Part shown: positions 50,100 to 64,000 of the stretch, piece by piece
How the letters are laid out: each line of letters opens with the position of its first letter
Position numbering within the stretch: position 1 is the first letter of the stretch
Translations under genes and position numbers: made by a program
Assembly: GCA_026770705.1 (NCBI GenBank)
Contig: JANJGN010000017.1
Location: 22,568,001 to 22,632,000, forward strand
Direction of reading: 5' to 3'
Origin: Isurus oxyrinchus
Lineage: Eukaryota
DNA: 64,000 bases
The notes under the pieces: model-generated
The model's input: only the letters and a program-made list of their open reading frames with translations
Database searches by the model: none
Told to the model about the DNA's origin: nothing

Positions 50100-52590
50100 C
50101 CTGGAATATTTTGCTTCAGTCTTCACAGTAGAAGGCACTAATAGCATTCCAATACTAAATAATCAAGGGGCAAAAGTGGGAGAGGAAATAAATACAATAA
50201 CTATCACTAGAAAAAAAGTACTAGGGAAACTAATGGGGCTGAAGGCCGATAAATCCCGTGGACCTGATGGGTTACATCTTAGGATATTAAACGAAGTAGC
50301 TACAGAGATAGTGGACGCACTGGCAGTAATCTTCCAAGAATCCTTAGTTTCTGGAAAAGGATTGGAAAACTGCCAATGTAACACCCTTATTCAAAAAGGG
50401 AAGGAGACAAAAAACAGGTAACTATAGGCCAGTTAGCTTAACATCTGTCATTGGGAAAATGTTAGTGTCTATTAGAAAGGATGCAGTAGCAGAGCATTTA
50501 GAAATGCATAATATAATCAAGCAGAGTCAGCATGGCTTCATGAAGGGGAAATCATGCCTGACAAATTTATTAGAATTCTTTGAGGAGGTAACAAGTAGGA
50601 TAGATAAAGGGGGACCAGGAGATGTAATATAATTGGAATTCCAAAAGGCATTTGATAAGGTACTGCATGAAAGGCTACTTAATAAGATAAGAGCCCATGG
50701 TGTTGGGGGTAGTATATTCACATGGATTCAGGATTGCTAATTAATAGAAGACAGAGAGTTGGGATAAGGGGGGCATTTTCAGGATAGCAATTTGTAACTA
50801 GTGGAGTGCCACAGGGATCAGTGCTGGAGCCTCAATTATTTACAATATATATTAATGACTTAGATGAGTGTGAGGTTATCCATTTTGGTCGGAAGAATAA
50901 AAAGGTGACTTATTATTTAAATGGACAGAAACTTCAGAATGCTTCAGTGCAGAGGGATCTGGGTGTTCTCGTGCATGAATCGCTGAAAGCTAGCATGTGG
51001 CTACAGCAGGTTAGAAGGAAGGCAGATGGAATTTTGGCATTTATTACTAAAGGAATAGAGTATAAAAATAGGGAAGTGTTATTGCAATTGTACAAGGCAT
51101 TGGTGAGACTGCACCTGGACTGTTCACAGTTTTGGTCCCCTTACTTGAGGAAGGATGTAGTTGCACTGGAGGCGGTTCAGAGGAGGTTCACTAAATTGAT
51201 TCAAGACAAGCCCCGCATCTCTGATGAGGAGCGATTGAGCAGTTTGGACCTATACTCACTAGAGTTTAGAAGGATGAGAGGAGATCTAATTGAGGTATAT
51301 AAGATGCTAAAGTGGATGTTTCCCCTTCTGGGGCATTCTAGAATGAGAGGCCATAGTTTTAGGCTAAGGGGTGGTAGATTTAAATCAGAAATGAGGAGGA
51401 ATTACTTTTCTCAAAGGGTTGTGAATCTGTGGAATTCACTACATCAGAGTGCAGTGGATGCCGGGACGCTGAATAAATTTAAAGAGGAGATAGACAGATT
51501 TTTAATTAGTAATTGGCTGAAAGGTTATGGGAGAGGGTGGGAAATTGGAGTTCAGGACAAAATGAGTTCAGCCATGATCGTATTGAATGGTGGGGCTGAA
51601 TTGCCTACTCCTGCTACTAGTTCTTATGTTCTTATGAGGGAAGTGAATGTACTATTGCCAAATTTGTAGATGATACAGAAATAGGTGGGAAGGCAAGTGG
51701 TGAGGATGACACAAGGAGTCTAGGCAGGTTCAGTGAGTGGGCAAAAAAGTGACAAATGGAATATAATGTGGGCAAATGTGATGTTATACACTTTGGCAGG
51801 AAGAGTAGAGGAGCTGAATATTATTTAAATGGGGAAAGACTGCAGAAGGCTGCAGCACAGATGGATTTGGGAGTCCTTGTGCATGAATCCCAAAAAGCTA
51901 ACAGACAAATTCAACAGGTAATAGGGAAGGCAAATGGAATGTTGGCATTTATTTCAAAGGGAATGGAGTATAAAAATAGAGAAGTCTTGCTAAAACTATA
52001 CAAGGCACTAGTTAGACCGCACATTGAATACCGTGAACAGTTTTGATCCCCTTATCTAAGGAAAGATGTACTGGCATTGGAGGCAGTCCAAAGAAGATGC
52101 ATTAAGTTGATTTTGGGCATGGAGGGATTTTCTTATGAGGACAGGTTGAGTAGGTTGGGTCTATACTCATGGAAGTTTAGAAGAATGAGAGGCGACCTTA
52201 TTGAAACATATAAAATTCTTAGGGGGCTTGACAGGATAGATGCTGAGAGGTTGTTTCCCCTTGTGGGAGAGTCTAGGGCCAGAGGGCATAATCTCAGAGT
52301 AAGGGGTCACCCATTTAAAACCAAGATGAGGAGGAATTTCTTCTCTCAGAGCGTAGTTAAGTTAATCTGTGGAATTCTTTACTGCGGAGTGCTTTAGAGT
52401 CTGGGTCGTTAAGTATATTCAAAGCTGCGATAGACAAATTTTTAATCAGTAAGGGAATCATGGGTAATGGGGAAAAGGCAGGAAAGTGAAGTTGAGGATT
52501 ATCAGATCAGCCATGATCTCAGTGAATGGCAGAGCAAACTCAATGGGCCAAATGGCCTACTTCTGCTCCTACGTCTTATGGTCTTATGGG
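50100..52590 (+). mobile_element. Nested CR1 LINE fragments
   Basis: ORFs 50014..50421, 50806..51669 and 51756..52397 carry CR1 RT and C-terminal motifs. Confidence 0.9.
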
Positions 52591-53169
52591 TCTGAGGCTG
52601 GGTTGGCATCACTCACCTGCCAGGTGGTCAGGAAATGGAAACCCGAGACTGCGGCACATCCTGGTGCTTATTAGCATAAAATAAATATTTATGAGGTGTG
52701 GGCAGGGTCTGTTAGATATGATGCACATGATGCCACTATGTACGACAACAGGAAAATAGCCCCAAATGCCTCACACTGGATAGTTGGGTTTGGGGAGCCT
52801 CAGCCAGACTCCCATGTGTCCAAAGGCCCAGCTTCCAAAACCAACTCAATAACTTGCCTGCAACCTACAGGGATATTTACCCCCAGCTCCCCATGATCCT
52901 CAGTCTACTCAAACTAAAACCACCCAAAGAGGAAAAATACTGCAGATTTTCAACATCATAAACACAAATAAAAAATGCTGGAAATACTCAGCAGGTCTGG
53001 CAGCGTCGGTAGAGAAAGAAACTGAGATAACGTTTCAGGTTGATGACTTTTCATCAGTAGGGAAAAGTTAGAGAAATTATAAGTGAAAGGACAGTGGCGA
53101 GGGAGATTTCTGATAGAGTGGAGGGCAGGAGAGATTAAATGACACAAACGTTGATGGAACAAAACAAAA

Positions 53170-55020
53170 GGAGAAAGGTTGCGGTGCAGAAAGAGGCCAT
53201 TCAGCCCATCATGTCTGCGCCAGCCAAAATGAGAAAAAATAATCCAGCCGTTCATTTTAATTCTACTTTCCAGCACTTGGTCTGTAGCCGTTTAGGCTAT
53301 AGCACTTCAGATGCAGATCCAGGAATGTTGTAAATGAGTTGAGCGTTTCAGCCTCAACCACCAACTTAGGCAGTGAATTCCAGATGCCCACCACCCTCTG
53401 GGTGAAAAAGTTTTTCCTCATGTCCCCTCTAATCCTTCTACCAATCATCTTAAATCTGTGCCCCCTGGTAATTGACCCCTCAGTTAGGGGAAACAAGTCT
53501 TTCCTGTCTACCTTATCTAGGCCCCTCATAATTTTGTACACTTCAAATATGTCATCCTTTAGCCTCCTCTGTTCTAAGGAAAACAACCCTAGCCTATCCA
53601 ATTTTCAAGCCCTGGCAACATTCTTGTAAATCTCCTCTGTACTCTCTCCAGGACAAAAAGACAAAAAACAAAAGATGGGTTTTGAGCAGACGTAAAAAGC
53701 AATTACTGAATCATTATCAGCACTTTCCAAAACAACTGGATCAGAGGTTAAGATCTAAAGTTATTGAAATCTGAAAGCTGTGGAGTGCCTCATCAAAAAA
53801 TGAGGTAATCTTCCTCAAACCTCCTATCCAATATCTCCAGCTCTAACTGGTCTGCTGAGAAATTAATTTCAGCCTCTTTTGTGAAGACAGATGCAAATAC
53901 TGATTCAGTGCCTCGGTCATGATTCTGCCCCCAATTGAAGATTCCCTCTTCTGTCCTTAATCAACAGCAAATGGTGCACCCTTTTTTGAACAAGGGTGTA
54001 AGTGTAAAACCACAACTGACATGTCAGTCAGTTTAACCTCGGTGATGGGAAAGCTTTTACAAATGATAATTCAGGACAAAATTGACAGTTACTCGGACAA
54101 ATCTAGATTAATCAAGGGAAATTAGCACAGATCAGTTGAAGTCAACTCCTATTTAACTAAATTGATTTGAGTTTTTTGATAAGATAACAGAGATGGCTAC
54201 AGGTAGAAGATGGCGGAATAGCTCTAGGTGAATTGCTCCTTCAGAGAGCCAGATTCTGATGAGAGCAATGCGGTTGATGTTCAGTACTTGGACCTCTAAA
54301 GGGTATATGCTAAAGGGTCACATAACAGCCTTGTAAGCAAAGTTAAAGCCCATGGAATAAAAGGGACAGTGGCAACATGGATATAAACTGGCTGAGTCCA
54401 AGGAAACAGAATAGTAATGAATGGTTGTTTTTCAGACTGGAGGAAGGTTTGTAGTGTAGTTCCTCAGGGATCGGTAATTGGACCTGTCCCTTTCTTGATC
54501 TATATTAATGATTTGGAGTTTCATATGGAGGGCACAATTTCAAAATTTGCAGATGACACAAAACTTGGAATTATTGTGAACTGTGAGGATGATATTGATA
54601 AAGTTCAAGAGGACAAAGGCTGGTGGAATGGGCAGACATATGATAGATGAATTTTCGAGCAGAGCAATGTGAAGTGATTCTGGGGAATGATTCCAGGGAT
54701 GAGCAACTTCAGTTATGTGGGACAGGGATTGTTCTCCTTGGAGAAGGTTGAGAGGAGATTTGATAGAGGTATTCAAAATCATGAGGGGTCTGGGCAGAGT
54801 AAATGGAGAGCAACTGCTCCCATTGGTGGAAAGATCGAGAGCCAGATTTAAGGTAATTGGAAAAGAAGCAATGACGACAGCAACGAAGGCAGCAAATGGT
54901 TAGGATCTGGAATGCACTGCCTGAGAGTATGGTGGAGGCAGGTTCAATCAAGGCTTTCAAAAGGTAATTGAATAATTAAATGAAGAGGAAAAATTCACAA
55001 GGGTACGGGGGAAAACGCAG
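53170..55020. mobile_element. CR1 fragments (- 53170-53650; + 53980-55020)
   Basis: ORFs 53263..53601 and 54417..54650 (KFADDTK). Confidence 0.8.
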
Positions 55021-55035
55021 GGAAGTAGGATTAAG

Positions 55036-56165
55036 ATAAAAGCAAAATACTGCAGATGCTGGAAATCTGAAACAAAAATAAAAATAGCTGGAAAACACAG
55101 CAGGTCTGACAGCATCTGTGGCGGGGAATACAGTTAACGTTTCGAGTCTGTATGACTCTTCATCAGAACTGAGGAAATATAGAAATGAGGTGAAATATAA
55201 GCTGGTAAAGGGGGTGGGACAGGTAGAGCTGGATAGAGGGCCAGTGATAGGTGGAGGCAAAGAAGAGATTGCCAAAGATGTCACAGACAAAAGGACAAAG
55301 GGGTGTTGACGGTGGTGATATTAGCTAAGAAATGTGCTAATGGTGACATTAAGGGTAGAAAGCAGGACGAGCAAGTGACAGATAGCCCTCGGGGGTTGGA
55401 GTGGGGGGGAAGGGATTGAAATAGGCTAAAAGGAGATAAAACAATGGATGGAAATACATTTAAAAATAATGGAAATAGGTGGGAAAAGAAAAATATATTT
55501 AAAAATATAAATTATTGGAAAAAGGGGGATCGGAAAGGGGGTGGGGATGGAGCAGAGAGTTCATGATCTGAATTTGTTGAACGCAATGTTAAGTCCAGCT
55601 GTAAAGTGCATAGTAGATGTGCTGTTCCTCCAGTTTGCGTTGAGCTTCACTGGAACATTGCAGCAGGCCATGGACGGACATGTGGGCACAAGAGCAGGGT
55701 AGTGTTTTGAGATGGCAAGCGACAGGGAGATCTGGGTCATGCTTGCGGACAGACCGAAGGTGTTCCACAAAGTAGTCACCCAGTCTGCGTTTGGTCTCTC
55801 CAATGTAGAGGAGACCGCATTGGGAGCAGCGAACGCAGTAGATTAAATTGAGGGAAGTGCAAGTGAAGTGCTGCTTCACTTGAAAGTAGTGTTTGGGCCC
55901 TTGGATGGTGAGGAGGGGGAAGTAAAGGGGCAGGTGCTGCACCTTCTGCGGTTGTATGGGAAGGTGCCTTGGGAGGGGGTAGAGGTGTAGGGGGTGATGG
56001 AGGAGTGGACCAGGGTGTCCCGGAGGGAAGGATCCCTGTGGAATGCTGCTGTGGGGGTGGGGGGTGAAGGGAAATGTGTTTGGTGGTGGCATCATGCTGG
56101 AGATGGCGGAGGATAATCCTTTGAATGTGGAGGCTGGTGGGGTGATAAGTGAGGACAAGGGGGAT
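55036..56165 (-). mobile_element. Penelope-like element (GIY-YIG endonuclease end plus terminal repeat)
   Basis: ORF 55589..56158: FTCTSLNLIYCVRCSQCGLLYIGETKRRLGDYFVEHLRSV. Confidence 0.9.
55131..55171 (-). ncRNA. Minimal type I hammerhead ribozyme motif in the Penelope terminal repeat
   Basis: CAGTT-CTGATGA-A-GAGTC-ATACA-GACTC-GAAACGTT-AACTG on -: intact core, helix I and II pairing, palindromic ACGT helix III. Confidence 0.7.
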
Positions 56166-56689
56166 TAAGAGTTGCACTAGCAGACAGCCAGCATGGACAA
56201 GATGGGCCGACTGACCTCCTTCTGAACTATAATCATTCTATAAAAACAAAGAAAACTGCGGATGCTGGAAATCCAAAACAAAAACAGAATTACCTGGAAA
56301 AACTCAGCAGGTCTGGCAGCATCGGCGGAGAAGAAAAGAGTTGACGTTTCGAGTCTTCATCAAGTTCTGTCGAAGGGTCATGAGGACTCGAAACGTCAAC
56401 TCTTTTCTTCTCCGCCGATGCTGCCAGACTGCTGAGTTTTTCCAGGTAATTCTGTTTTTGTTTATAATCATTCTATGATTGTTGTCAGGATGTGGAGTTA
56501 GGGGCCCTGAGTTATCAAAAACTGGAGAATCTTCAGGCCCCACTCAGGGTGATTTATAAGGAAGTCAAGGGATGTTATCTACAAACTGCAACAAGGTGTG
56601 AGGAAATACTTTCTACCTGAAAGAATGGGTCAGCTGTGAAATCAGCTTCCACCTGAGGCCTGGGCTGAATTCAGCAACAATCCGAATGC

Positions 56690-57170
56690 CATTGAGCAGC
56701 CGTCAGCATCTCCCTGCAGCGATCCATCGATGCCATCTGCGCTCGATTGGGCCACGCTGAAGGATGATGCTGTCCTCCGACTCAGTCTCCCCGCCCCACA
56801 GTCCGCCGGGCGCTGATTGGTCGGTTTGGCTGTCACTCGGTGGGCAGTAACGGTCAGAGGGCGAGGGAGGTGGCGCGCGCGCGAGCGAGCGAGTCCGGGT
56901 CACACGCACGGCGGGAGCGCGCGCACCGAGTGGGGCTGGGGCGACGGCAGCAGCAGTAGCGGGAGGCGGTTTCTGGCCTGTGAAGGGGCAGCTCTTTCCC
57001 AGATCCTGGCGACAGAGAGGCCGGCGGACACGGGGCCGGAGGCACAGAGGAACCGTCTGGGGCTACGGCGTTTGGATAGCCCGGGAGTGGGAGCGAAGCC
57101 GGGACTGAGAATGAGCCCGGGATAACCCGGCCGACCGGCATTAACCTGGGACTGGACCGGGAGTAAATCC
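56690..57170. promoter_or_regulatory. CpG island / bidirectional STN1-SLK promoter
   Basis: CpG-dense unique sequence between divergent genes. ATTGG (CCAAT) boxes at 56746 and 56816, GC box CCCCGCCCC at 56789. Candidate STN1 non-coding exon-1 donor CAG|GTAGAA at 56616 on -. Confidence 0.8.
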
Positions 57171-57536
57171 CTGGAGAAACTGGATTAAAATCCAAAGTAG
57201 AGTGATTCAGAAACGTCAGACGAAGAGCAGCAAAACACAAGTGATCCGGGTCTAAGGAAGGGTGTCAGGAGTGAATTGGAATAAAGTCCGGCTTTAGGAG
57301 TGATCGGGAGTAAAGCCTGAGATTGAAGTGGTCCAGGATAAACACGTTATCGGGGACGATCTGCAGTAAAGCTGGAGTAATTCGGGATAAAGTGCAAAAC
57401 TTGAAGTAACCCAGAGTAAAGCAGGGGCAACCAGAGCTCACTGGAGTCCCGCATGATATCAGGAGTGTTCTAGAGTGAAGCACGGGACTAGGACGGTTCT
57501 GGAGTGAAGTGCATCATTTGGAATATTCTGGAGTGA

Positions 57537-57785
<249 letters not shown>

Positions 57786-58149
57786 TGAAAGGTAGAGTGC
57801 AGTACTTTCTCATAATCACAGATCTCATTATTTTTCTGAGCAACTTAGATGAAGGGAAAGAGGAAAGCAGGAAACTATTGAGCTTGAAGACAGTCAGAGA
57901 GCAGCTGAGATGAATTGAAGTGGTGGCATCAAGTTTGATTTTAGAGAGCAATAATTTGTATTGTTGCACTCTAGGTGTTATTGGTGGGGAGAGTTCACTG
58001 TTACCTGCCTGTCAAGGACACCTGCTGTCCTGACTTTAAAAAACTGCCCCCTTTCTTCAGGAGAGAACTCAAATCAGAGGGTGCAGGAGAGATTTTACTA
58101 GATTGATATTAGAATAAGGGGCTGAGATTAAGAGTGGGGAGCACAGATT

Positions 58150-61100
58150 GTGATGAGGCCTTAATTTAACAAGGTCTGAGTGTGACGGGATACAGCCACT
58201 AACTTGGAAATTTGGTGCATGTGGGAATTCTGTGCAGAGGGGGAAGGAGTTGCTGTTGCTTATATTTTGTCAGCCTCCAGAAGCTAGTGAGCGTTTAAAG
58301 CTTTACTTAGGTGAGCAAATAGGTGATTATTTGGTGAGTTTTTAAGACTTTACCCCTCTAAACTCAGACATAACCTGTACTGAGGAGATATAAGTATTGA
58401 ACTAAATTTATAGATTAACTAGTTAAAGTTACTTAGTATAAATACAGACAACAGTTGATAGCTAATTAGTTAAATTATACACAATGAAAATGACAGGGCA
58501 GGTGATGTGTTGTAGCTGTAGAACATGGGAGCTGGTGGACACCAGTGTGATCCACATCTGCAATAAGTGTCTGAGAAGTTGATGAGCTGGGGCCTGAGTT
58601 TCTGACACTGCAGTGCATCAGGGAAGAGGAAAGTTACTTGGGCACTTTGTTCCAGAGCCAATCAAACCCCTTAGGCTAGCTACTTCAGATTTGGTCTGTG
58701 TTCAGGGTCAGGAGGATGTGACTGTAAGAGAGGAAGGTATGAGAATCCAGGAGATAGAAATGGAGGAGCCTCAGCCCATGCAATTATCCAGCAGGTTTGA
58801 GGTTCTTGTAACTTGTGTGGATGAGAGCAGGGACTGCAAGGAGGATCAGCAAACTGACTATGGCACCATAATGTAGGGAATCATTCAAGTTGCAGGAGTA
58901 AAAATTAGGAATATATAGTTGTTGGGGACACAGTATATTTAAGGGGATAGATACTGTTCTCTGCAGCTGAGAGCATGAGTCCCTAAGGCTATGTTGCCTG
59001 CCCAGCGCCAGTGTTAAGGACATCCTCCTCACGTCCGGAGAGAAATTTGGAGTGGGAGGGGAAGGATCCGGTTGTCGTAGTCCATGTGGGTACCAACAAG
59101 ATAAATAGGACTAAGAAAGAGGTTCTGCTGAGGGAGTATGAGCAGCTAGGGGCGGAATTAAAAAGCACAATCGCAATCTTTGAACCTTTCTTTGAACTAC
59201 TACCTGAGCTACAAGCAAATGGGAATGGGATAAACAAGAGAGTTGAATGCATGGCTCTAAGATTGGTGTGGTAGAAATGGTTTTCAATTCATGGGTATTG
59301 GCACAATACTAGGGAAAGAGGGAACTGTACCTTGGAGATGGTCTTCACCTGAACAGCATTGGGACAAGTGTACTAGAGAATTGTATAACTAGGGCTGTAA
59401 CGAGGGCTTTAAACGAAATATTGGGGGAGAGAGTTCTTGTGAGGCAACATTTGGAAAATGAAAGAAAAAGATCAAGGCAATAGTGCAGGACAGCAATGTG
59501 GATAATTACTGGAGTGTGATGGGAAGGGACATGAGTGTAGAAACATGAATGCACCAGCAAAAAAGGTCAGAGTAGAGAATAACAATAAAAGACAAAGGCT
59601 CTTTATCTGAATGCATGCAGCATTGGTAACAAGATGGAAGAATTGACAATCATTTATTTCTATGTGTGCTATGATGATATAGCCATTACAGAGACATGGT
59701 TGCAAGGTAACAACAGCTGGAATCTGAATATTGGAAGGGTTTTGACATTTTGGAAGGACATGAGAGGAAAAAACAGGTGGGGGTGGGTCTGTTAATAAAG
59801 GATGAGAACAGTACAGTAGTAAGAAATAATCTTGGTTTGGAGGATCAAGATGTAGAATCAGTTTGGGTGGAGATATGAAATAGCGAAGGGAGGAAGTCAC
59901 TGTTGGGAGTATTTTATAGGCCCCCTGACAGTAACTAAATAGTAGGACAGAGTTTAAATCGAGAAATGGGGGCTTGTATGATAGGTACTGTAATGTTCAT
60001 GGAAGATTTGAATCATCTTAGAGATTGGATGAATCAGATTGGTGAAAATGGCCTGGAGGATGAGTTCATACAATGTATTCAAGACAGTTTCTTAGAACAA
60101 TGCCTTTTGGAACCAATCACGAAACAAGCAATTTAATTCTGCTAATGTGTAAGGAAAGGATCAATTAATAAACTCATAGTAAAGGATTCTCTAAGTAAGA
60201 GTGATCAAAACATGAGAGAATTTCACATTCAGTTTGAATTCATTGAGGGTGGGAAATATGGCTCTGAAACTAGAGTCTTGAACTTAAATAAAAGGCAATT
60301 ACACGGGTATGAAGACAGAGTTGGCTAAAGTGAATTGGAAATAAAGTTAAAGGGTAAATGATAAAGAAAAAATAGCAGACATACAGTGCCGCAGAAGATT
60401 GGAAAAATTTTAGAAACTAGCAGAGGATGACTAAATAAATATGTACAGTGGGAGAAATTGGAGTATGAGAGAAAACCAGAAAGTGATATAAAAGCAGACA
60501 GAAAAAGCTTCTGCAAGTATATAAAAAGCAAAAGAGTAGCTGTGAGTTTTGCTCTCTTAGAGGGTGAGACTGGGGAATTAATGATGGGAAACAAGGAAAT
60601 GCAGAGACTTCAAACAAGTTTTTTCCATTTAGCTTCACAGTAGAAGACACAGAAACCATTCCAAGAATAGTGGAAAATCAAGAGACAAAAGGGAGGGGGG
60701 GAACTTAAAAACAATCTTGATCACTAAAGAAAAAGTACTAGGAAAACTAAAAGCTGACACGTCCCCTGGATCTGATGCCCTGTATCCTTAAAGGAAGTGG
60801 CTGCCAAAGTATTGAATGCATTGGATATAATCTTCCAAACTTCCTAGATCCTTGGAAGGTCCCAGTGGATTGGAAAAGAGGGAGACAAAGCAGGAAACTA
60901 TAGGCCAGTTAGTCTAACATCTGTCAGTGGGAAAATGCTGGAATCCATTAAAAAAGGTAGTAGCAAGACACTTAGAAAATCCTAATGCTATCAGGCAGAG
61001 TCAACATGATTTTGCGAAAGGGAAATAGTGTTTGAAAATTTTATTAGAGCTCTTTGAGGATGTAACAAGCAGTGTGGATAAAGGGACACCAGTAGATGTA

Positions 61101-64000
61101 GTGTATTTGGAATTCCAAAAAACATTTGATATGTAAAACATTACAGCACAAGATAAGATAATATCCATTTGTGTTCTATATTAACCTATATAAGAGGTTA
61201 CTGCACAAGATAAGAGCTCATATTGTTGGGGTTGATATATTAGTATGGATAGAAGATTGACTAACCAGCAGGAAACAGAGTAGGGTCATTTTTGCGTTGG
61301 CAAACTATAATTAGTGGAGTGCCACAGGGGCCAAAACAACTTGCAATCTATATTAATGACTTTGATGAAGGAATTGGCTGTATTGTAGATAAATTTGCTG
61401 ATAAAATAAGTAGTTGTAAGGAGGGTACAAAGAGTCTACAAAAGTCTATAGATGGGTTAAGTGAATCACAGAATTGTTATGGTGCAGAAGGAGGCCATTC
61501 AGCCCATTTTGTCTGCACCAGCTCTCCGAATGAGTGTTATGACTTAGTGCTATTATCATGCCTTCTCCCTGTAAACCTGCACATTGTTTCTTTTTAAATA
61601 ATCATCTAATGTCCTCTCCAATGCCTCAATGGAACCTGCCTCCACCACATTTCCAGGCAGTGCATTCCAGACCCGAACCACTCACTGTGTGAAAAAGCTT
61701 TTTCTCACATCACATTTGCTTCTTTTGTAAATCACTTTAAATCTGTGCCCTCTTGTTCTCAATTCTTTTACAAATGGGAACAGCTTCTCCCTATCTACTC
61801 TGTCCAGCCTCATGATTTTGAACATCTCTATCAAACCTGCTCTTAATCCTCTCTCCAAGGAGAACAGTCCCAACCTCTCCAACCTATCTTCATAACTGAA
61901 GTTTCACACCTCTGGAGCCATTTTTGTAAACTTCTTCTGCACTCTCTCCAATGCCTTCACATCCTTCCTAAAGTGTGTTGCCTAGAACTGTGTACACTAC
62001 TCCAGTTGATGCCTAACTAGTGTCCTATACAAGTTTAACATAACCTCTTTGCTCTTATACTCTATGCCCCTATTAATAAAACCTAGGATACTGTATGCTT
62101 TATTAACTGCTCTCTCCACCTGTTCTACCACCTTCAATGACTTATGCACATGTACTCCCAGGTCTCTCTGCTCCTGCACATCCTTTAGAGTTGTACCCCT
62201 TTTATATTGTCTCTCCATGTTCTTCCTACCAAATTGAATCACATCATACTTCTCTGTATTGAACCTATCTGCCCACTCCACCAACTTATCTATGTCCTTT
62301 TGAAGTTTTACACTGCCCTCACAGTTTACAATGCTTCCTAGATTAAGTGGGCAAAAAATTGACAGATGGGGTATAATGTGGGAAAATATGCGGACGGCGA
62401 CTTTGGCAGGAAGAATGGAAAAACAGAATATTATTTAAATGGAGAGAGATTGCAGAATGCTGCAGTACAGAGGGATCCGGGTGTCATTGTACATGAATCA
62501 CAAAGAGTTACCGTGTAGATATGGTAAATAATTAGGAAGGCAAATGGAATGTTGGCCTTCGTTGCAAGAGAGTGGAGTATAAAAATAGGGAAGTCTTGCA
62601 ATAACTGTATAGGGCACAGATGAGACCTCACCTAGAGTACTGTTGTGGTTACCTTAATTAAGAGATGTGTTTACATTGGAAGCAATTCAGAGAAGGGTCA
62701 CTAAGCTGATTCCAGGGATGGGGGATTTGAAAGGTTGAGCAGGTTGGGCCTATACTCATGGGAGTTTGGAAGAATGAGAGGTGATCTTATTAAAACATAT
62801 GAGATTCTGATGGGACTGAGAGGATTTTCCCTCTTGTGAGAGAATCTAGAACTGGGGGCACAGTTTAAAAGTAAGGGGTCACCGATTTAAGGCCAAGATG
62901 AAGAGAATTTTTTTTTCTCAGATGGTTGTCAGTCTTTAGATTTCTCTCCCACAGAGAGTGGACACTGGGTCATTAATATATTCAAGGCTGAGTTAAACAG
63001 ATATTTGATAACAAGGGAGTTAAAGTTACCGGGGACAGGCAGGAAAGTGGAGTTAAGACCACAATCAAGATCAGACATGAAAGCAGAGTTGGGATAAATG
63101 GGTCTTTTTCTGGATGGCAAGCTATAACTAGTGGGGTGCCACAGGGTTTGGTCCTTGGGCCCCAACTATTTACAATCTATACTAATGACTTGGATTCAGT
63201 GGTAGAAGGTACTATAGCTAAATTTGCAGATGACACCAAAATAGGTGGGAAAGTGAGTTACAATGAAGAAATAAATTTACAAATGGATATGGGCAGGTTA
63301 GGTGAATGGGCCAAAATTTGGCAGCTGGAGTTTAATGTGGATAAGCGTGAGGTTATCCATTTTGGTTAGAAGAATAAAAAGGCGACATTATTTAAATGGA
63401 GAGAAACTTCAGAATGCTTCAGTGCAGAGGGATCAGGGTGTCCTTGTGCATGAATCACTGAAAGCTAGCATGCAGGGACAGCAGGTAATAAGGAAGGCAA
63501 ATGGAATTTTGGCATTTATTGCTAAAGGAATAGAGTATAAAAATAGGAAGTGTTGTTGCAGCTGTATAAGGCATTGGGGAGACCGCACCTGGAGTATTGT
63601 GCACAGTTTTGGTCCCCTTACTTGAGGAAGGTTGTAGCTGCATTGGAGGTGGTTCAGATGAGGTTCACTAGATTGATTCCAGAGATGCGGGGCTTGTCTT
63701 ATGAGCTGCGATTGAGCAGTTTAAACCTATACTCACTAGAGTTTAGAAGGATGAGAGGAAATCTAATTGAGGTATATAAGATGCTAAAGGGGATAGACAA
63801 AGGTGACGTGCAGCAGATGTTTCCCCATGTGGGGCATTCTAGAACAAGAGACCATAGTTTTAGGCTAAGGGGTGGTAGATTTAAATCAGAGATGAGGAGG
63901 AATTACTTTTCTCAAAGGATCGTGAATCTGTGGAATTCACTACTTCAGAGTGCAGTGGATGACAGAACGCTGAATAAATTTGAGGAGGAGATGGACAGAT
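58150..64000 (+). mobile_element. Near full-length degraded CR1 (ORF1 esterase-like + ORF2) with nested CR1 copies, in SLK intron 1
   Basis: ORF1 DPVVVVHVGTNKI at 59011..59274, endonuclease and RT remnants downstream, a minus-strand insert at ~61465-62340 and a second + copy from ~63080. Confidence 0.85.

Noticed and set aside
50806-51669. 287-aa ORF as a host gene
   Set aside because: CR1 ORF2 fragment with internal deletions (the FADD motif is missing).

Overview
Vertebrate genomic DNA, very probably from a cartilaginous fish given its repeat content (dense CR1 LINEs, tRNA-derived and Deu-type SINEs, Penelope-like elements). It holds three intron-containing genes, assembled by hand from splice signals. 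(1) The 3' part of a collagen XVII (COL17A1)-like gene on + (12 exons, 1153-27615). The first five exons align with human COL17A1, but the last seven have no Gly-X-Y triplets and instead form a Ser/His-rich tail with two pairs of related Trp-containing, mostly N-glycosylation-sequon-bearing modules. (2) A complete STN1/OBFC1 CDS on - (9 coding exons, 367 aa). (3) The first coding exon of SLK on +, sharing a CpG-island bidirectional promoter with STN1. The collagen gene lies on the opposite side of the STN1-SLK pair from its position in human. Introns contain a degraded Copia (GalEa-like) element, a pol-less Gypsy-type LTR element, a solo LTR, a Penelope-like element with a minimal hammerhead ribozyme motif, three large minisatellites, a local ~540-bp duplication and a ~180-bp hairpin. 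Comparisons with human proteins and exon sizes are from memory, not from a search.
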